A stretch of DNA of 64,000 nucleotides from Octopus vulgaris (GCA_951406725.2 OX597830.1:47120001-47184000), one strand, 5' to 3'. Shown: positions 13,801-28,098, counted from the stretch's first letter. Notes: generated from the sequence alone by a model not told the origin. Translations and numbers: made by a program.

Positions 13801-14199
13801 AGGCGGCGAGCTGGCAGAAACGTTAGCGCACCGGGCGGAATGCTTAGCGGTATTTCGTCTGTCTTTACGTTCTGAGTTTAAATTCTGACGAGGTCGACTT
13901 TGCCTTTCATCCTTTCGGAGTCGATAAATTAAGTACCAGTTACGCATTGGGGTCGATGTAATCGACTTAATACCTATGTCTGCCCTTGTTTGTCCCCTCT
14001 GTGTTTAGCCCCTTGTGGGTAATAAAGAAATAGGTATTTCGTCTGTCTTTACGTTCTGAGTTTAAATTCTGTCGAGGTCGACTTTGCCTTTCATCCTTTC
14101 GGGGTCGATAAATTAAGTACCAGTTGCGTACTGGGGTCGAACAAATCGACTGGCCCCCCCTCCCATAAAATTTCGGGCCTTGTGCCTAGAGTAGGAAAG
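13801..14199 (+). mobile_element. SINE family C dimer with 14-bp target-site duplication
   Basis: A full unit (13801-14032) is followed by a headless second unit with a different tail. AATATATCGATCTT is duplicated at 13784-13797 and 14200-14213. Confidence 0.85.
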
Positions 14200-14615
14200 A
14201 ATATATCGATCTTTAATCTGTATCCGAATATTGAGTATTTTTGTCCCATTCCCCTTACATGTAAATTGACATCCCTAAATGTTTTGTATCCTTTTTGTGT
14301 AATACGTTTTGCCTTGTATGTTTCGGCCAATGTGTTATCTGCCTTATTCCCTTTTCAACGCGTTTATCTTTTGCAGCAACAGGACCTACGTTATGAGTTT
14401 TGATGTTTCGACTATATGTATATATGTAAGCGGACTGCATTTCTGTGTGTGAATGTGTGTTTCTCGTGGAATATTTGTTGTTCCAAGCAATGCTATTTTC
14501 GTTGCGTGTATAGATATATGGAGCCTGAAACTTTACACGTATTTCTGTTATTAATTTTATTTTCTACTGTTCCAGCTATAATGCAAACTATTTTTACATT
14601 CAGTCTCTCATTTGT

Positions 14616-14646
<31 letters not shown>

Positions 14647-15068
14647 TGAAACTTTATATTTTGATAGTTTTTAAAATTCTCTCCAATGGTTGTTTCGGTT
14701 AGAATAGAATAACAAGTCAACAGAAATATTCTTTTCGAACTCAATTCTCAATTATAATGTCAGAAAGATTTTATCTGATTTCTCTCTTACTTTGCACAGA
14801 CACATTCCAAACTGTTGCCAACCGCTTGTTTTCCATGATTGATTCTGATAACTGCCGATACTATTTTGTTGCCTATCTGATAGACTTGGCTCTTCGCATT
14901 GCCCCAACTATATTCTTTTTTGCAAATACGGAGTTGATCAAATATAAACTCCACGAGAAAAGAAGGCGGCCAATGTTTTTTTTTTTTTGGAGAGGCATGA
15001 ATACATGATCCATAATTACTACCTCAGTTACATTGTCAATGGAGCTGTTTGTCACAAAGCTCTGGTTA

Positions 15069-15182
<114 letters not shown>

Positions 15183-15184
15183 GA

Positions 15185-15515
<331 letters not shown>

Positions 15516-15559
15516 TTTCTATTATATATATATAACTTAAGATTTAAGGTGAAAAGCAC

Positions 15560-16625
15560 AGAAATCTTGTTTGTGTAGATGAAGATTATTTAATTCATTA
15601 TAATAGATACGTATAGAGTCAACCGGTTTCGCTTCGCTAATCGTGACTCAGTGTTATGAAATCATAATAAAACTTTGATTTAATCTTGCGTATGATATAG
15701 TTTTGCAGCTATAGAGGAGAGTATAGCTCAAGGGTAATCAGTGAATATAATGTTTTATGTTTTTAGTTAAAGGGATAATCAGTAGATATAATATTTCTTA
15801 GCCAAGGAGAAGTAAATCTTTTTTCCTTTTTTCTGGCTGGTTTTTCATTTGTGAAGCCCGTTATATATTCATGTTAAGTTCTGGTCTGTATTTTTCAATA
15901 AATGTGGCCTCTTTATTTAGTCATTGCTCAATTGAGGTCCTTTCCGTGCATTGTTATAGTAGGAATTATGGTTGGCGTTTCTTAGCAAATCTGTTTGGTG
16001 TTTGACGGTATTGAGGGTGGTAGATTTGCTGTCTATGTAGTATAGATCTACGTCTGAGAGACATTTCTGTTGAGCATATTGCTGCTGGACACGTTATGAC
16101 GTAGATGAGCTTTTCACAGACGCAAGTGAAGTCAGTTACAATTTTACATTTTTGTCCTTGTTTAAAATGGAATTCCGAGCCTTCCATTATGTTGGGACAT
16201 GCTCCACAGTTCGGTCGTCTACATTTTAACTCTTGCTTCCGTTATTTTTTCGTATAGTTTTGCATTTGTGAGTATCCGCTTTGGTGGTTTTGGCTGTTTG
16301 TAGCTTTTAATAATTTTATGGGTGCGTAGAATTTCATACAGCGTAGGGTCCTTATTTAGTACTGGAAACTTTTGTATAATAGTGTTATATGCTTCGTTGT
16401 TTCTGGGGGTGTATGTGGAAATAGGTAATATTTTTAGAGTGGGTGTGTTGTTTGGGATGACCTCGCTTAGTGTTTTTATATTCTTTTTGCACGTTTTATC
16501 CCATCATCTATAAACGAAGTTGGGTAGTGACTGTCGACGAGTAGATGTTTTTAAGTTCTTTTGGTCTTTTTCTCTGGTGTTTTTCCGACACAATAGTGCC
16601 GATTCTTCTCGCTAGAATAGGATAT
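15560..16625 (-). mobile_element. Decayed Penelope-like element, 3' part (RT C-terminus, GIY-YIG endonuclease, 3' pLTR)
   Basis: Contains LARRIGTIVS..., PISTYTPRNNEA and FTCVCEKLIYVITCP...LHRQQI; homologous to 33330-33850. A degenerate hammerhead lies at 15616-15649. Confidence 0.85.
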
Positions 16626-16794
16626 TTATTTTAATATATCTCGCCTATGTATGTATGTATGTATGTATGTATGTATGTATGTATGTATGTATGTATGTAT
16701 GTATGTATGTATGTATGTGTGTATGTATGTATGTATGTATGTATGTTTGTATCTATGTATATATGTATATATATATATATATTTATATATATAT

Positions 16795-17318
16795 AAATTA
16801 GAGATAAAACCACTATGTAATTAGATATAGACTAATACCGATATTAGATTATGGGTGGGTTTCCTACCTTATAAATTAAAATTAATATTTAACATCATAG
16901 TCGATTTTATATAATCATAATTGTTAAGTTCTATGTTTCTAGTTTGATAATAGAGTTTATTATAAGTAAAATTATTATATTATTTATATCTTAAAAATAT
17001 TGTTTAAATATTTCTGATTATATTTTAGATATTTCAATCACCTGAAGATTGACTGTAACCATATTACGAATTGGACAGCCATGAAACGATCGTAGTGTTT
17101 TAATCATTATCTTTTATTAATCTTTTAATACTTTTGATATATATTTAAAATAATTTTAATTAATTAATTTTATGTATTGGCTTAAGTTTTTCATTGTTTG
17201 ATTTGCCTAATAGTGGTTTTTATCTCTAATTTAATATAATATAATATTTTACTATAAAATTGGATTCAATCCTAAATCTGATTTTTCCCTGTAAGTTTGG
17301 ATTTATTCCCTAATATTT

Positions 17319-17320
<2 letters not shown>
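16795..17320 (+). mobile_element. PLE pseudo-LTR-like element with a short inverted terminal segment
   Basis: aaattagagataaaaccacta (about 16795-16815) is inverted relative to tagtggtttttatctctaattt (about 17211-17232), and a hammerhead lies between them. Confidence 0.6.
17038..17097 (+). ncRNA. Minimal type I hammerhead ribozyme (PLE-type)
   Basis: CAC-CTGAAGA-ttgactgt...acagccat-GAAAC-GATC-GTA-GTG. Core is intact, the cleavage triplet is GUA, stem I is CAC/GTG, and stem III is the palindrome ACGATCGT. Confidence 0.8.
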
Positions 17321-17378
<58 letters not shown>

Positions 17379-17400
17379 ATACATATATATATATATATAC

Positions 17401-17438
<38 letters not shown>

Positions 17439-17449
17439 ATTTTCCCCCT

Positions 17450-18720
17450 TATTCTCAAGGTACCACCTGTTATTATGACGATTGATTCTGCTTTCTAGCT
17501 GTTTTCTGGTTGTCTCTATTTTCAGATCTCTGTATTTCGATACTTTTTTTCCGGTAATATGTAGGAATTGATACTTTGATTACAAGGCGCTTCCTTTCCC
17601 GTTAGCGCTTTACAGCATTATTCGCCAAATATCCCTTAATCTCCTGATTTGTTTCGGTTGGCATGTTCCAGAACTTGGGCATTTTGTCATTCTTTGACTT
17701 TTTCTCATGTCCGTTTCTTCCATTTCTTTTTCATCAATATTTCTTATAATGCTGCTATAATTTCCCATGCATAAAATCCTCCTCTCTGTGATGCTTATGC
17801 ATGTATTTTGTTTGCTTGCCTTTTCATAAACTCCACATGTTCTATAGTTACATTTTGTATAATTTTACTACATGTTTTGGGGAAAATTTTGTGACCTTTT
17901 TTTCGTGTCACAACCAGAAATCCTTCGGTTTCAGTTTTAAATTTCCTTTTCCCGGCCACCGTTGCATTTCCCCCTGTCTTCCATCTCTATGTTCAGCTAT
18001 GCCAGGTACTTCCCTGCACTATTTCTTCTTGTCATCATTTTAGCATCGCATAATGCTGCCTCATTTCCCACTCAGTCTTTTAATTTTTTTAATTACTTTT
18101 GTTATTCTCGTTTCTTCAAGCAACTGTCCGTTTCCTCAGTCATTGCTGTTGTTTTTTTTTTTTGTATTTTTGTGTGAAAAGAGCTGCTTTTCGTTTTCTT
18201 TCCCTTTTAGTTTCTGTATATACTTTTGTTGTCCAACACCAAAAATTTTATAATCAATTCCTAGTCGCAGTAATCTCCTACCTCCCCCCACTCCGTTGGT
18301 CGTTAATATTAATATTTTTGTGTCGGATATTGCGCGGAGCATTAAAACGCAGTCTTTATTATTTTTGCTTCCTGTCTAGCCTTTCTAATTCACTTAGCAT
18401 CAATTTGAGAGTGTTGTAATGTGTGTCTACTACATTAATTCCTAATTATTTATAAGTCTACGTTTGCTCTAATTCTCTGTCTTTGCTTCCTCATCAAATA
18501 TGATATTATTGATTGTTTTTTTTTTTTTGTTATATTAATTTTCCTTCTATAATTTTGCCTTGGCTCATTTTTTAAATCTAAAACTTATATCAATGTTTCT
18601 AGTAAATCAGTTTCTAACTGTATTCACAGATGTTTACCATCTGCAGCATACAACTGGAGGCGGTTCATATACAAAAGCTGATTGACGGTCCTTGTATAGC
18701 ATTTATATTCGAGTCTAGTC
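17450..18720 (-). mobile_element. Highly decayed R4/Dong-like non-LTR retrotransposon RT region
   Basis: Minus-strand motifs in the expected order: NQLLYMNRLQLYAA (cf. HLLYMDDLKLYA) near 18640-18685, YK*LGI near 18440, GGRRLL near 18280, FMHGK near 17765. Many stops and frameshifts. Confidence 0.7.
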
Positions 18721-19120
18721 TGAGTTCAGATCGAGTAACATTGAGACAAGGAGTTCACTTGGAAGAGAGATGATGTTTGTTTTTATAATTCTTCTTTTAT
18801 TACCATTTACAGAATTATTTGTCATTTATTTATGGCATGTTTGATGTTCCATTTTGTTCTTCTTATTGTTATTTAATCATTAAACTTTGTCTTTGAGAAA
18901 GTTTTTTTGTTGTTAGGATTTGAATTCGGTAACTATTTCCACATTTCGATTATTGTCATATTCACAAGTTCCATCTTTTCAATTTACTATTCTTAATTCT
19001 TCCTCAGATGTACTTTCTGTTCGTCACCTTGTTTCTGTCATTCTGGTTCGGTTTTCGTTATTAGATTTATTTTGCTTATGAAAGATTTTTGTTGTTTACG
19101 TTTTAAATGTTTTTGTTTTA

Positions 19121-19573
19121 GGATCTTTTCGGTTTGAACGGCAGTTTTTAACATAATTTCTAGGTAACTAAAAAATTTTAAACTTCGTATACTGGTAGAA
19201 TGTGTTTATAAAATATCTTTTTCTCTTGGCTTTATTGAGAAAATTCTATAGTTTGTAAGATATTTGTTGTTTTTTTCTTCAATTTCTGAAATTTCAACTA
19301 ATCCCTGACGTCTATTGAGGTAAAAAACATTCTGTGCCGTATGAATATGTCCCTCGTTTAAGAAACAGATTGGGTTTATTTACATTTGTGAAGAAAAAAA
19401 GATACCCTTTCCCCCCATCCCTAACCCTAACCCTAACCCTAACTAACCCTAACTAACTAACCCTAACCCTAAAACAGATTGAAATGCAATAGATCGATAC
19501 TAGGGTCATAATTATGGGTGACAATTTCATATGACACCGCTAGAAAAATCTGCCGTTCAAACCGAAAAGATCC
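19121..19573. mobile_element. Non-autonomous DNA transposon (MITE, Merlin-like) with internal telomeric-type repeats
   Basis: TIR GGATCTTTTCGGTTTGAACGGCAG at both ends, 8-bp TSD TTGTTTTA (19113-19120 and 19574-19581), and (CCCTAA)n at about 19418-19452. Confidence 0.85.
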
Positions 19574-20672
19574 TTGTTTTATTCTCATTAGCATTATTAT
19601 TACTTGTCTTTTCATATGTATTCATTATATTGTTCTATTTATGCCTGATATATTTTCGCTTTTGAGAATGTATCTTTTTAAATTAGATACACCCTCTGGG
19701 TATGGAAAGTTACTTTAAGATAATAGTTATTTTCTTTCCTGATATGAAATGAAGAGGCTGTAGTTGTCTCATGTTTCGTAGAGTGTGTCGCTGTAAAGTG
19801 CAGTTAGAGTGCAGCAGATAATACAGTCACAAATTAATCTCACGTTCATATATACCTTTTATGTTTTAAACACTGGATTTAAGGAGTAAAACCCAATCCT
19901 TTACTTAGAATGTGATCCTTTTAATCGGGTAATTGTGTATTCGTTTCAGGTGATACACACTCCAATTGGTGTGTACACTTCCCATTTAGCTTTTAACTCT
20001 GTACCGAATGATAGCATTTTCAATTTAATTTTGACACTGTTTGCCGAGAAAGCCACCAAGTATTTCGAAAGACATGCATTCCACTGCCCTAGATTGGTAC
20101 TGCATTTCTCGATCTCAGAAAAAAAAAGCCCCAGAATACTTGATGAGATATGAACTCAGAATACAAGCCAGAATAAAATCGCAAGGTATTTCCTCAATGT
20201 TCTAACGACTGTGCTAATCCTCTGCCTACAACTTATGGAAACAAAAATTTAAAAAAAAACAACAAAAAGACAAAAAGAAGCTGATTCGAAAACTATTTTG
20301 TAAGCGTAACACTTGGAAAATCAATCTCTACTATATATTACAGTGTGTGACTCACTGTAAATGATTTCGACAATTGGCAAAATTCTAAAATTGATATCAT
20401 CCAATATTTATTGGAGACTGTCATTTAATGTGCTTCTAAACGAGATGAGATCAATTTGCAGCAATATCTTCTTTAATCACCAGATACTATAAGAGAGCAA
20501 CGGGAATGAAAGGAAGAAGTAAAACTTTGGACGCAAGGAAAAATAATTTGAATAGTAAAAACATGATGTCATTTACATATTTGTAGTAAAAATCAGTTCA
20601 TACGATCTTGGATATCAGATCAAGAAGATACTACAGAGAGTATAGGAAAAAATATTCGCAAAAATAAAATGA

Positions 20673-20726
<54 letters not shown>

Positions 20727-20737
20727 AATAATGGAAA

Positions 20738-21316
20738 GGCAGTGGCTCTCATGGCTAAGCAGTGGCTCTCATGGGTAAGGCAGTGGCTCTCATGGCTTCT
20801 GATCTTAACTGATTGGAAGTGTTATCATGTACATTGTTTTGTCTTAGTATAAAAGATGGGCTGCAGCAAATATTCTGCTCAATACCACAAATTTGCTTGT
20901 CAGTTGTTTGACTTTAACCAGTTGAGCATGTCCCTTAGTGGCTGATGATATGTGCATCTCTGATCACGAGCAGAAGTAGTGGGGGAGCATCATAGCCATG
21001 TGTTGAGAGGGATTCTTTGGGGATTTGAATAATTCACCTCTGGAAAAATGCCTGGTTATTTCAACATCCTTAAACAACCCTTATTCAGGGACCTTTTGAG
21101 CCGGATGGGCTACTCAACCTGAAGAAAATTCTAACTGGGCCCCACCTGCAAGGTCATGTGCTGTTTATCTTGATATGAGATCACCATGTCGCGCACAAAT
21201 GGTTGTGATGCATGTGCCTGGTGTACCCTTATCAGACGGGTAGTCATGATGGGTATATTGGGCTTCGTATATTTTACCCCAGTGTCACTTTGATGGCATG
21301 CACTGCTCTCTCACTC
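20738..21316. mobile_element. Repeat family B copy embedded in (AAT)n
   Basis: Reverse complement of 5376-5932, with (AAT)n on both sides and a triplicated gcagtggctctcatgg at the left end. Confidence 0.85.
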
Positions 21317-21370
<54 letters not shown>

Positions 21371-21964
21371 GCGCATGCTGCACTGCTTACAATATCATAA
21401 CAATATAAATAACAACCACGGCGAATTTACAGAATCGTTCCAGTGTCAGACAAAATTCATTATTGCATTTATTTCGGTACGTTGCGTTCTGAGTTCAAAT
21501 CCTGCGAGAATAACTTTGCATTCTTAATTCTGAAATCGATAAATGAAGCCCTGGTTCAGGGTGGGTGGTCACTGCGTTGGAAGGGAGGCCATACTTTATT
21601 TACTACTAATCTTTGCGGTTTGAGTTCAAATCTCGCCATGGTTTACTTGGCTTGTCTAACTTTAGCACCTGACATTCTGGCTACCTTTAGCTGGGTACAC
21701 AATCCGGGTATCAGGGTGTAGATAACTCTCCTCTCTCATGCCTTAGGTACCGCTCTTCTCTCTTGACTTTAAAGACTGAAATAAAGTAATAGCATCGGCC
21801 ATTACTAGATAAACAACAAGAAGAAGAATGACTTCCGTAACAGGAACAAGAATAATGTCCGTAACACCAACCATACAACAATCTTTACGACAGCAACCAA
21901 CGGAACCAAATCAACAACTGAGAGCAATAAGGGAGCATAACAAGGGAGCAATGAACTGGGGCTC

Positions 21965-22250
21965 GCCACTTACGACGATCAGGGTTCCAGCTAATCCGGT
22001 CAACAAAACAGTCTCCTCGAGAAGTTAATGTGCAACTGGCTGAGTACTCCACAAACACGTATACCCTTAACATAGTTCTCAAGGAGATTCAGCGTGACAC
22101 ACTGTAAAATAACACTGCAGGCCCTTTGAATTGCAGGTACAGCTTATTTTTGTCAGCCCAGTGGACTGGAGCAACGTGAAATAAAATGTCGTGCCCAAGT
22201 ACACAACGCCGGGAGTCGAACTCATGACACTACGATCATGAGCCGAACAC
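21965..22250 (-). mobile_element. SINE related to family D
   Basis: Reverse-complement similarity to 7190-7360; B box GAGTTCGACTCC on the minus strand near 22215. Confidence 0.7.
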
Positions 22251-22299
22251 ATGATACTACGTCACGCGTCTCCACACCAAACGCACACATGTATGTATG

Positions 22300-22378
<79 letters not shown>

Positions 22379-22454
22379 ATATAAATACGTTTGTATATAT
22401 ATATATATATATATACATGTATATATATATATATATACATGCATATATATATAC

Positions 22455-22509
<55 letters not shown>

Positions 22510-22516
<7 letters not shown>

Positions 22517-22672
22517 TATTTATATTATTTTCATTTGACAGATATTTGTCCTCATTTTTCCTCATCTTGTTTGTTGTTAACACAGCGTTCCGACTGATAT
22601 ACCCTCTAGCCCTCATCAGGTGACTTGGGGGAAATTTCGAACATGGGTTCTCATTCCTAGGGTATTTTTCGA

Positions 22673-22746
<74 letters not shown>

Positions 22747-22897
22747 TCACTGCCTGGAATCGAACTCGGAATCTTGGGGTTAGTAGCCCGCGCTCTTAAC
22801 CACTATGTCATAAGCCCATGGGCAAACAAGATGAGGACAAATATCCGTCAAATGTAAATAATGTACATAATTCCTCATCTCTTAAATATAGAATTGT
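22510..22897 (-). mobile_element. Family H element (tRNA head + (AAT)n + hammerhead body) with an adjacent inverted copy of its 3' end
   Basis: Minus-strand head at 22743-22823 with B box GTTCGATTCC, then CTGATGA...GGAACGCT at about 22575-22625. Positions 22824-22897 are a plus-strand copy of the element 3' terminus. Confidence 0.85.
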
Positions 22898-24201
22898 ATC
22901 ATATATATATATATATATACAACAGGCGTCTTTCAGTCTCTGTCTACTAAATCGACTCACTAGGCTTCAGTCGGCCTCAGGTTATAGAAGACACATGCCC
23001 AATGAGCCACGCAGTAGTACTGAACCTGGAACCGTGTTGTTGGGAACCAAGCTTCGTACCATTCAGCTATACCTGCGCCTATCTTAGAAACACCAATATT
23101 AAGTATCATAACATTAAATATCTTTCCTGTATTCTTTCCAATTTTAGTAGAGTACTGTTGATGCTACCATAATACCTAACAACCACAACGATAAAAACAA
23201 CAACGACAATAACAAACAATAAGCAAAAACGGAACTACAACAATAATATCCACCATAACAACAACAACAACAACAACAGCAGCAGCAGCAGCAGCAACAA
23301 CGAAATCACGAAAAAAAAATCTTTAAAAGCTTCATTGTTCTTTTTTCGCCGACGTTGTTCAATGTTCTGGAGAGAGATCTTTAATTCCATATTTCGATGT
23401 CAAAATCTGGTGAAATTCCTGAATGTTCGATTGGAAAGCAGAACGGAAGGTAATAGTCACTGATGCATGAAATTACTTGGATCTCATCTATCTTGTAAGT
23501 ACAAGATTAACAAATATTACTGGCCTGGATACATATATCAAACCACCATCTTTTACTCTCCACTCCATCCCTTCTCCTGTGGGTCTGGGCATGTGCATGT
23601 GCGCATGCGTGAGTTCGTGTGTTTCTGCATGTCTGTTCGTCTGTACGTGTGTGTGTGTGTGTGTGTTCTTTTATCTCTCTCTTCTTCTCGCTTGTTTTCA
23701 CTCATTATTTACACGATACATTGTCTTTTTTCCTTTCTTTCCTGTCGCCATGTCTTCTGTCCGACATATCTTATTAATTTAGACTTCATTTCTTTCTTTC
23801 CTTTCTTTTTCCTTTCTTTTCTCACTCTCGTCCTTCGCGTCAATCACGTTTATTTATTACCTATTCTTTGTTCTTTCACTATTTGATTTTTTTTTTATTT
23901 TCTTTCTATTGCCATAGATTCCTTCAAATTTCTTTTCTTTTCTGCAATTCATTCCTTTATTTCTTTCTCTCTATCTTTCATTTTCTTTTCCTTCTTTTCC
24001 TTCACTTCTGCCTCAAATATTCTTCCAAACATTTTTCTTTTTTTATATTCAATCTTTCTTCTTCTCCATTTTAATCTTTTCTTTCTTTCTTCATGTATCT
24101 CTGTGTCTTACTATCTCTCTGTCTCTGTGTCTCTGTCTCTGTCTCTGTCTGTCTCTCTTTCTTTCTCTCCCTCTCCCTCCCTATTTCTCTCTCCGCCTCT
24201 C

Positions 24202-24246
<45 letters not shown>

Positions 24247-24273
24247 GTCTGTCTGTCTGTCTCTCTGTCTCTG

Positions 24274-24333
<60 letters not shown>

Positions 24334-24430
24334 CGTGAATATTTCTAATCAAATATTCACGACTTTCACCTGCTGTTGACCTGGAAATATGTAATTGAAA
24401 ATCTCTACAGAAAATTGAGCAGCACTAGTG

Positions 24431-24474
<44 letters not shown>

Positions 24475-24849
24475 TATGTACAGCCATTTATTGTTCAGCT
24501 GTAAATCTATATAAGTGACTCCGCCGACGAGAATATCTTTCATATTACTTATCTATCTATGTTGTAAATCACAAATTTTCACTTTCAATAATAGAAAATA
24601 TGAGACTGCTATCGGAATATCATTGATGTGTCACGTGACAGCAATATTTTCAAAATATGACCGTTTCTACCCAGTCAAGCACAGAGAAAGAATAAAAACG
24701 ATTATTATAGTCACAAAATCCAAATATATGCGCTTATATTTCTATTTGGGTGCTTCTATGTTTATGTAAGTTATTTAGGTGCTATTTCTAGTGAGTCGAG
24801 CGATCACATAGACGGCCACCATAGCACTTTATTACATAGAAAAGTAGTG

Positions 24850-25290
<441 letters not shown>

Positions 25291-25383
25291 TTTAAAATCC
25301 AAATGTCTGTGTATGTGTGTGCGTGCGTGTGTGTTTGTGTGTGCATGTGTATGTGAGCATGTGTGTGTGTGTGTGTGTGTAAT

Positions 25384-25876
25384 ATAATGTAAACCACAAA
25401 TCTTGTGAAATACAGCTACCCAGGAGGGATTCCTGACCCAAAACATTAATTCATTTCGCCATTTTCCAAGATCGTTTGTCAGTTGCCATTCAACTGATAA
25501 CGTTTGAACAAAATCGCCCATAAGAAAGAAAGTAAAAAGAAAGAGACAAGGGAGATAACTAACTTTACAATGAAATGTCAAAAACGCTTAAGTTTTAAAA
25601 TTCCGCCATGATGTATTTCTTAAAATGCGGGCATTTTCCTGGAATGTACGAAGTTATTTGAGGGTCTCGCGCTCTTTTAGAAATACAGATTTTCAAGAGA
25701 ACATACTGGACATCTTTTTCACTCGATTATATCAATGTTCTTTGTTCACATGGCATCTTGCCTGAAAAGCGACAGGGGAAACGGTTTTGTTTTCAGCTTG
25801 AAAAATGGCGAAATAAATGTTCCAACCACGAAAACCTGGGTTGCTGTAATTAACAAAACTTGTGGATTTCATTATA
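25384..25876. mobile_element. Old MITE-like element with degenerate terminal inverted repeats
   Basis: tataatgtaaaccacaaatcttgtgaaatacagctacccagg...atttcgccatttt is the diverged reverse complement of aaaaatggcgaaat...cctgggttgctgtaattaacaaaacttgtggatttcattata. Confidence 0.6.
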
Positions 25877-25937
25877 ACATTATCCTTACACTCTTAACTG
25901 AACCATTGTTATTCTACTTGTACACATTATACACACA

Positions 25938-26001
<64 letters not shown>

Positions 26002-26114
26002 TAATGTCAGTAACTAGTACCCACTTGCGAGTACTACGTCTTAGCAGGCTTTTAAGAATATAGTTGCTTTAAGTAAGATATATATATGCGTGTGTGTGTA
26101 TGTATGTATGTATG

Positions 26115-26172
<58 letters not shown>

Positions 26173-26682
26173 TTCAGCAGTTTTCGATTATATTGATCCC
26201 AGTACCCCGCTGGTATCTTATTTTCTTGACCCAGAAAGTGATGGAAAGCAGGGTTTACCTTGACGTGATTTGAACTCAGAACGTAAAAATGAGATGGAAA
26301 TATTGTACTTATAATGATTTCTATGTTTATGATTGCTTTCAGGCGTGACGTTACAACTCACTGGACTTTGCCTTAGTACTATATATATGTGTATACATAC
26401 ATACATACATACATACATACATACATACATACATACATACATACATACAATAAACATAAATAAATATGTATATAAAATTAAAAATATACAAAAATATACA
26501 TAAAAAAGAAACATTATTCTTCGGCAAATAGGTGGGGGTAGTGCAGTGCAAGCTACACCCAGCGAAAATCATTCATCTGCACAGGTACTTCCTGTATACC
26601 AAATCTTATTAAAATCGTTGAATCGGTTGGTTGGCAGAAACCTAAAAATGTACTTGTAACTTACTCTAAAATGTCTCATCTG

Positions 26683-26780
<98 letters not shown>

Positions 26781-26849
26781 TTGTATATATATACACACAC
26801 ACACACACACATGTATTTGTTTGTATATATATATATGTGTATATATATG

Positions 26850-26903
<54 letters not shown>

Positions 26904-27561
26904 TGTATATATATATATATGTGTGTGTGTGTATATATATATATGTATCCTTTTCTCCAAATTTTCTTTCTTTTCTCCTTTCTCTCCATCTTACTCTCTC
27001 TCTCTCTCGTTACCTTGTATTCTTTTGTTGTATTGTTATGAATTCACACTAATTCTTCAATTCCTCGAGTAGGTGATGCTGTTGAGGATGATGACGACGA
27101 GGACGAAGCGCATAATATCTGTTGTGGTGGTGTGTCGATGGCGGAGATGGATGTCGGAAAAGTTTCGGTACAAGAGGTCGAAAGACAGTGATTTAATGGC
27201 GGAATCTTTTGTGCTATTATCTTTACAATTGAGAGGGACGATGGAGAATGAGATAAGAAGAGAGAAGCACATTGAAAGGGGTTTGAAGGAAGGGGGTGGA
27301 AGCGATGGAGGAAGTAGGTCGTTTTATGTTTTTAATTTTGGAATGCGTACTAAAATGTAAGAAAAATAGCCGGGAAAATGGAGGCTTGCCATCCTGATGA
27401 TATATAGGCCATAGAGACAGATAAAAACTATGTAGCTGGCACTGGCTGCCTTTCATTTTATCTTTTTAATTCATCTCCTTCCCTCTCTGTATGGTTATTG
27501 TCCTCTTTCTCTCCTCTTCAACTTCCATCGTCATCAATCTATATACTTATTCATCTACCAA

Positions 27562-27648
<87 letters not shown>

Positions 27649-27659
27649 GTAACTGTCTG

Positions 27660-27775
<116 letters not shown>

Positions 27776-27776
27776 A

Positions 27777-27864
<88 letters not shown>

Positions 27865-27939
27865 GTAGTTGTTAGTCTGTCTGTCTGTCTATCCGTCTGT
27901 CTGTCTGTCTGTCTGTCTATGTATCTGTCTGTATGTATG

Positions 27940-28062
27940 TCATTATTTAATTTATTTCACGATTCCTTGCCAATAGAGAAAGAACCGATTTCTAACCTAG
28001 ATCCAAGGCTCCTTCATTGGAATTTCAACATCAACAACAGGGTATGTATGTATGTATGTATA

Positions 28063-28098
<36 letters not shown>

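Noticed and set aside
19418-19452. (CCCTAA)n as a chromosome end or fusion scar
   Set aside because: It is short and enclosed within a TIR/TSD-bounded transposon.
20738-20800. Three short direct repeats as a CRISPR-like array
   Set aside because: There are no spacers, the context is eukaryotic, and it is a terminal stutter of repeat family B.
22743-22823. tRNA-like sequence (also at 50622-50705, 7007-7065, 56848-56920) as tRNA genes
   Set aside because: There is no complete cloverleaf or acceptor stem; these are SINE heads attached to repeat bodies.
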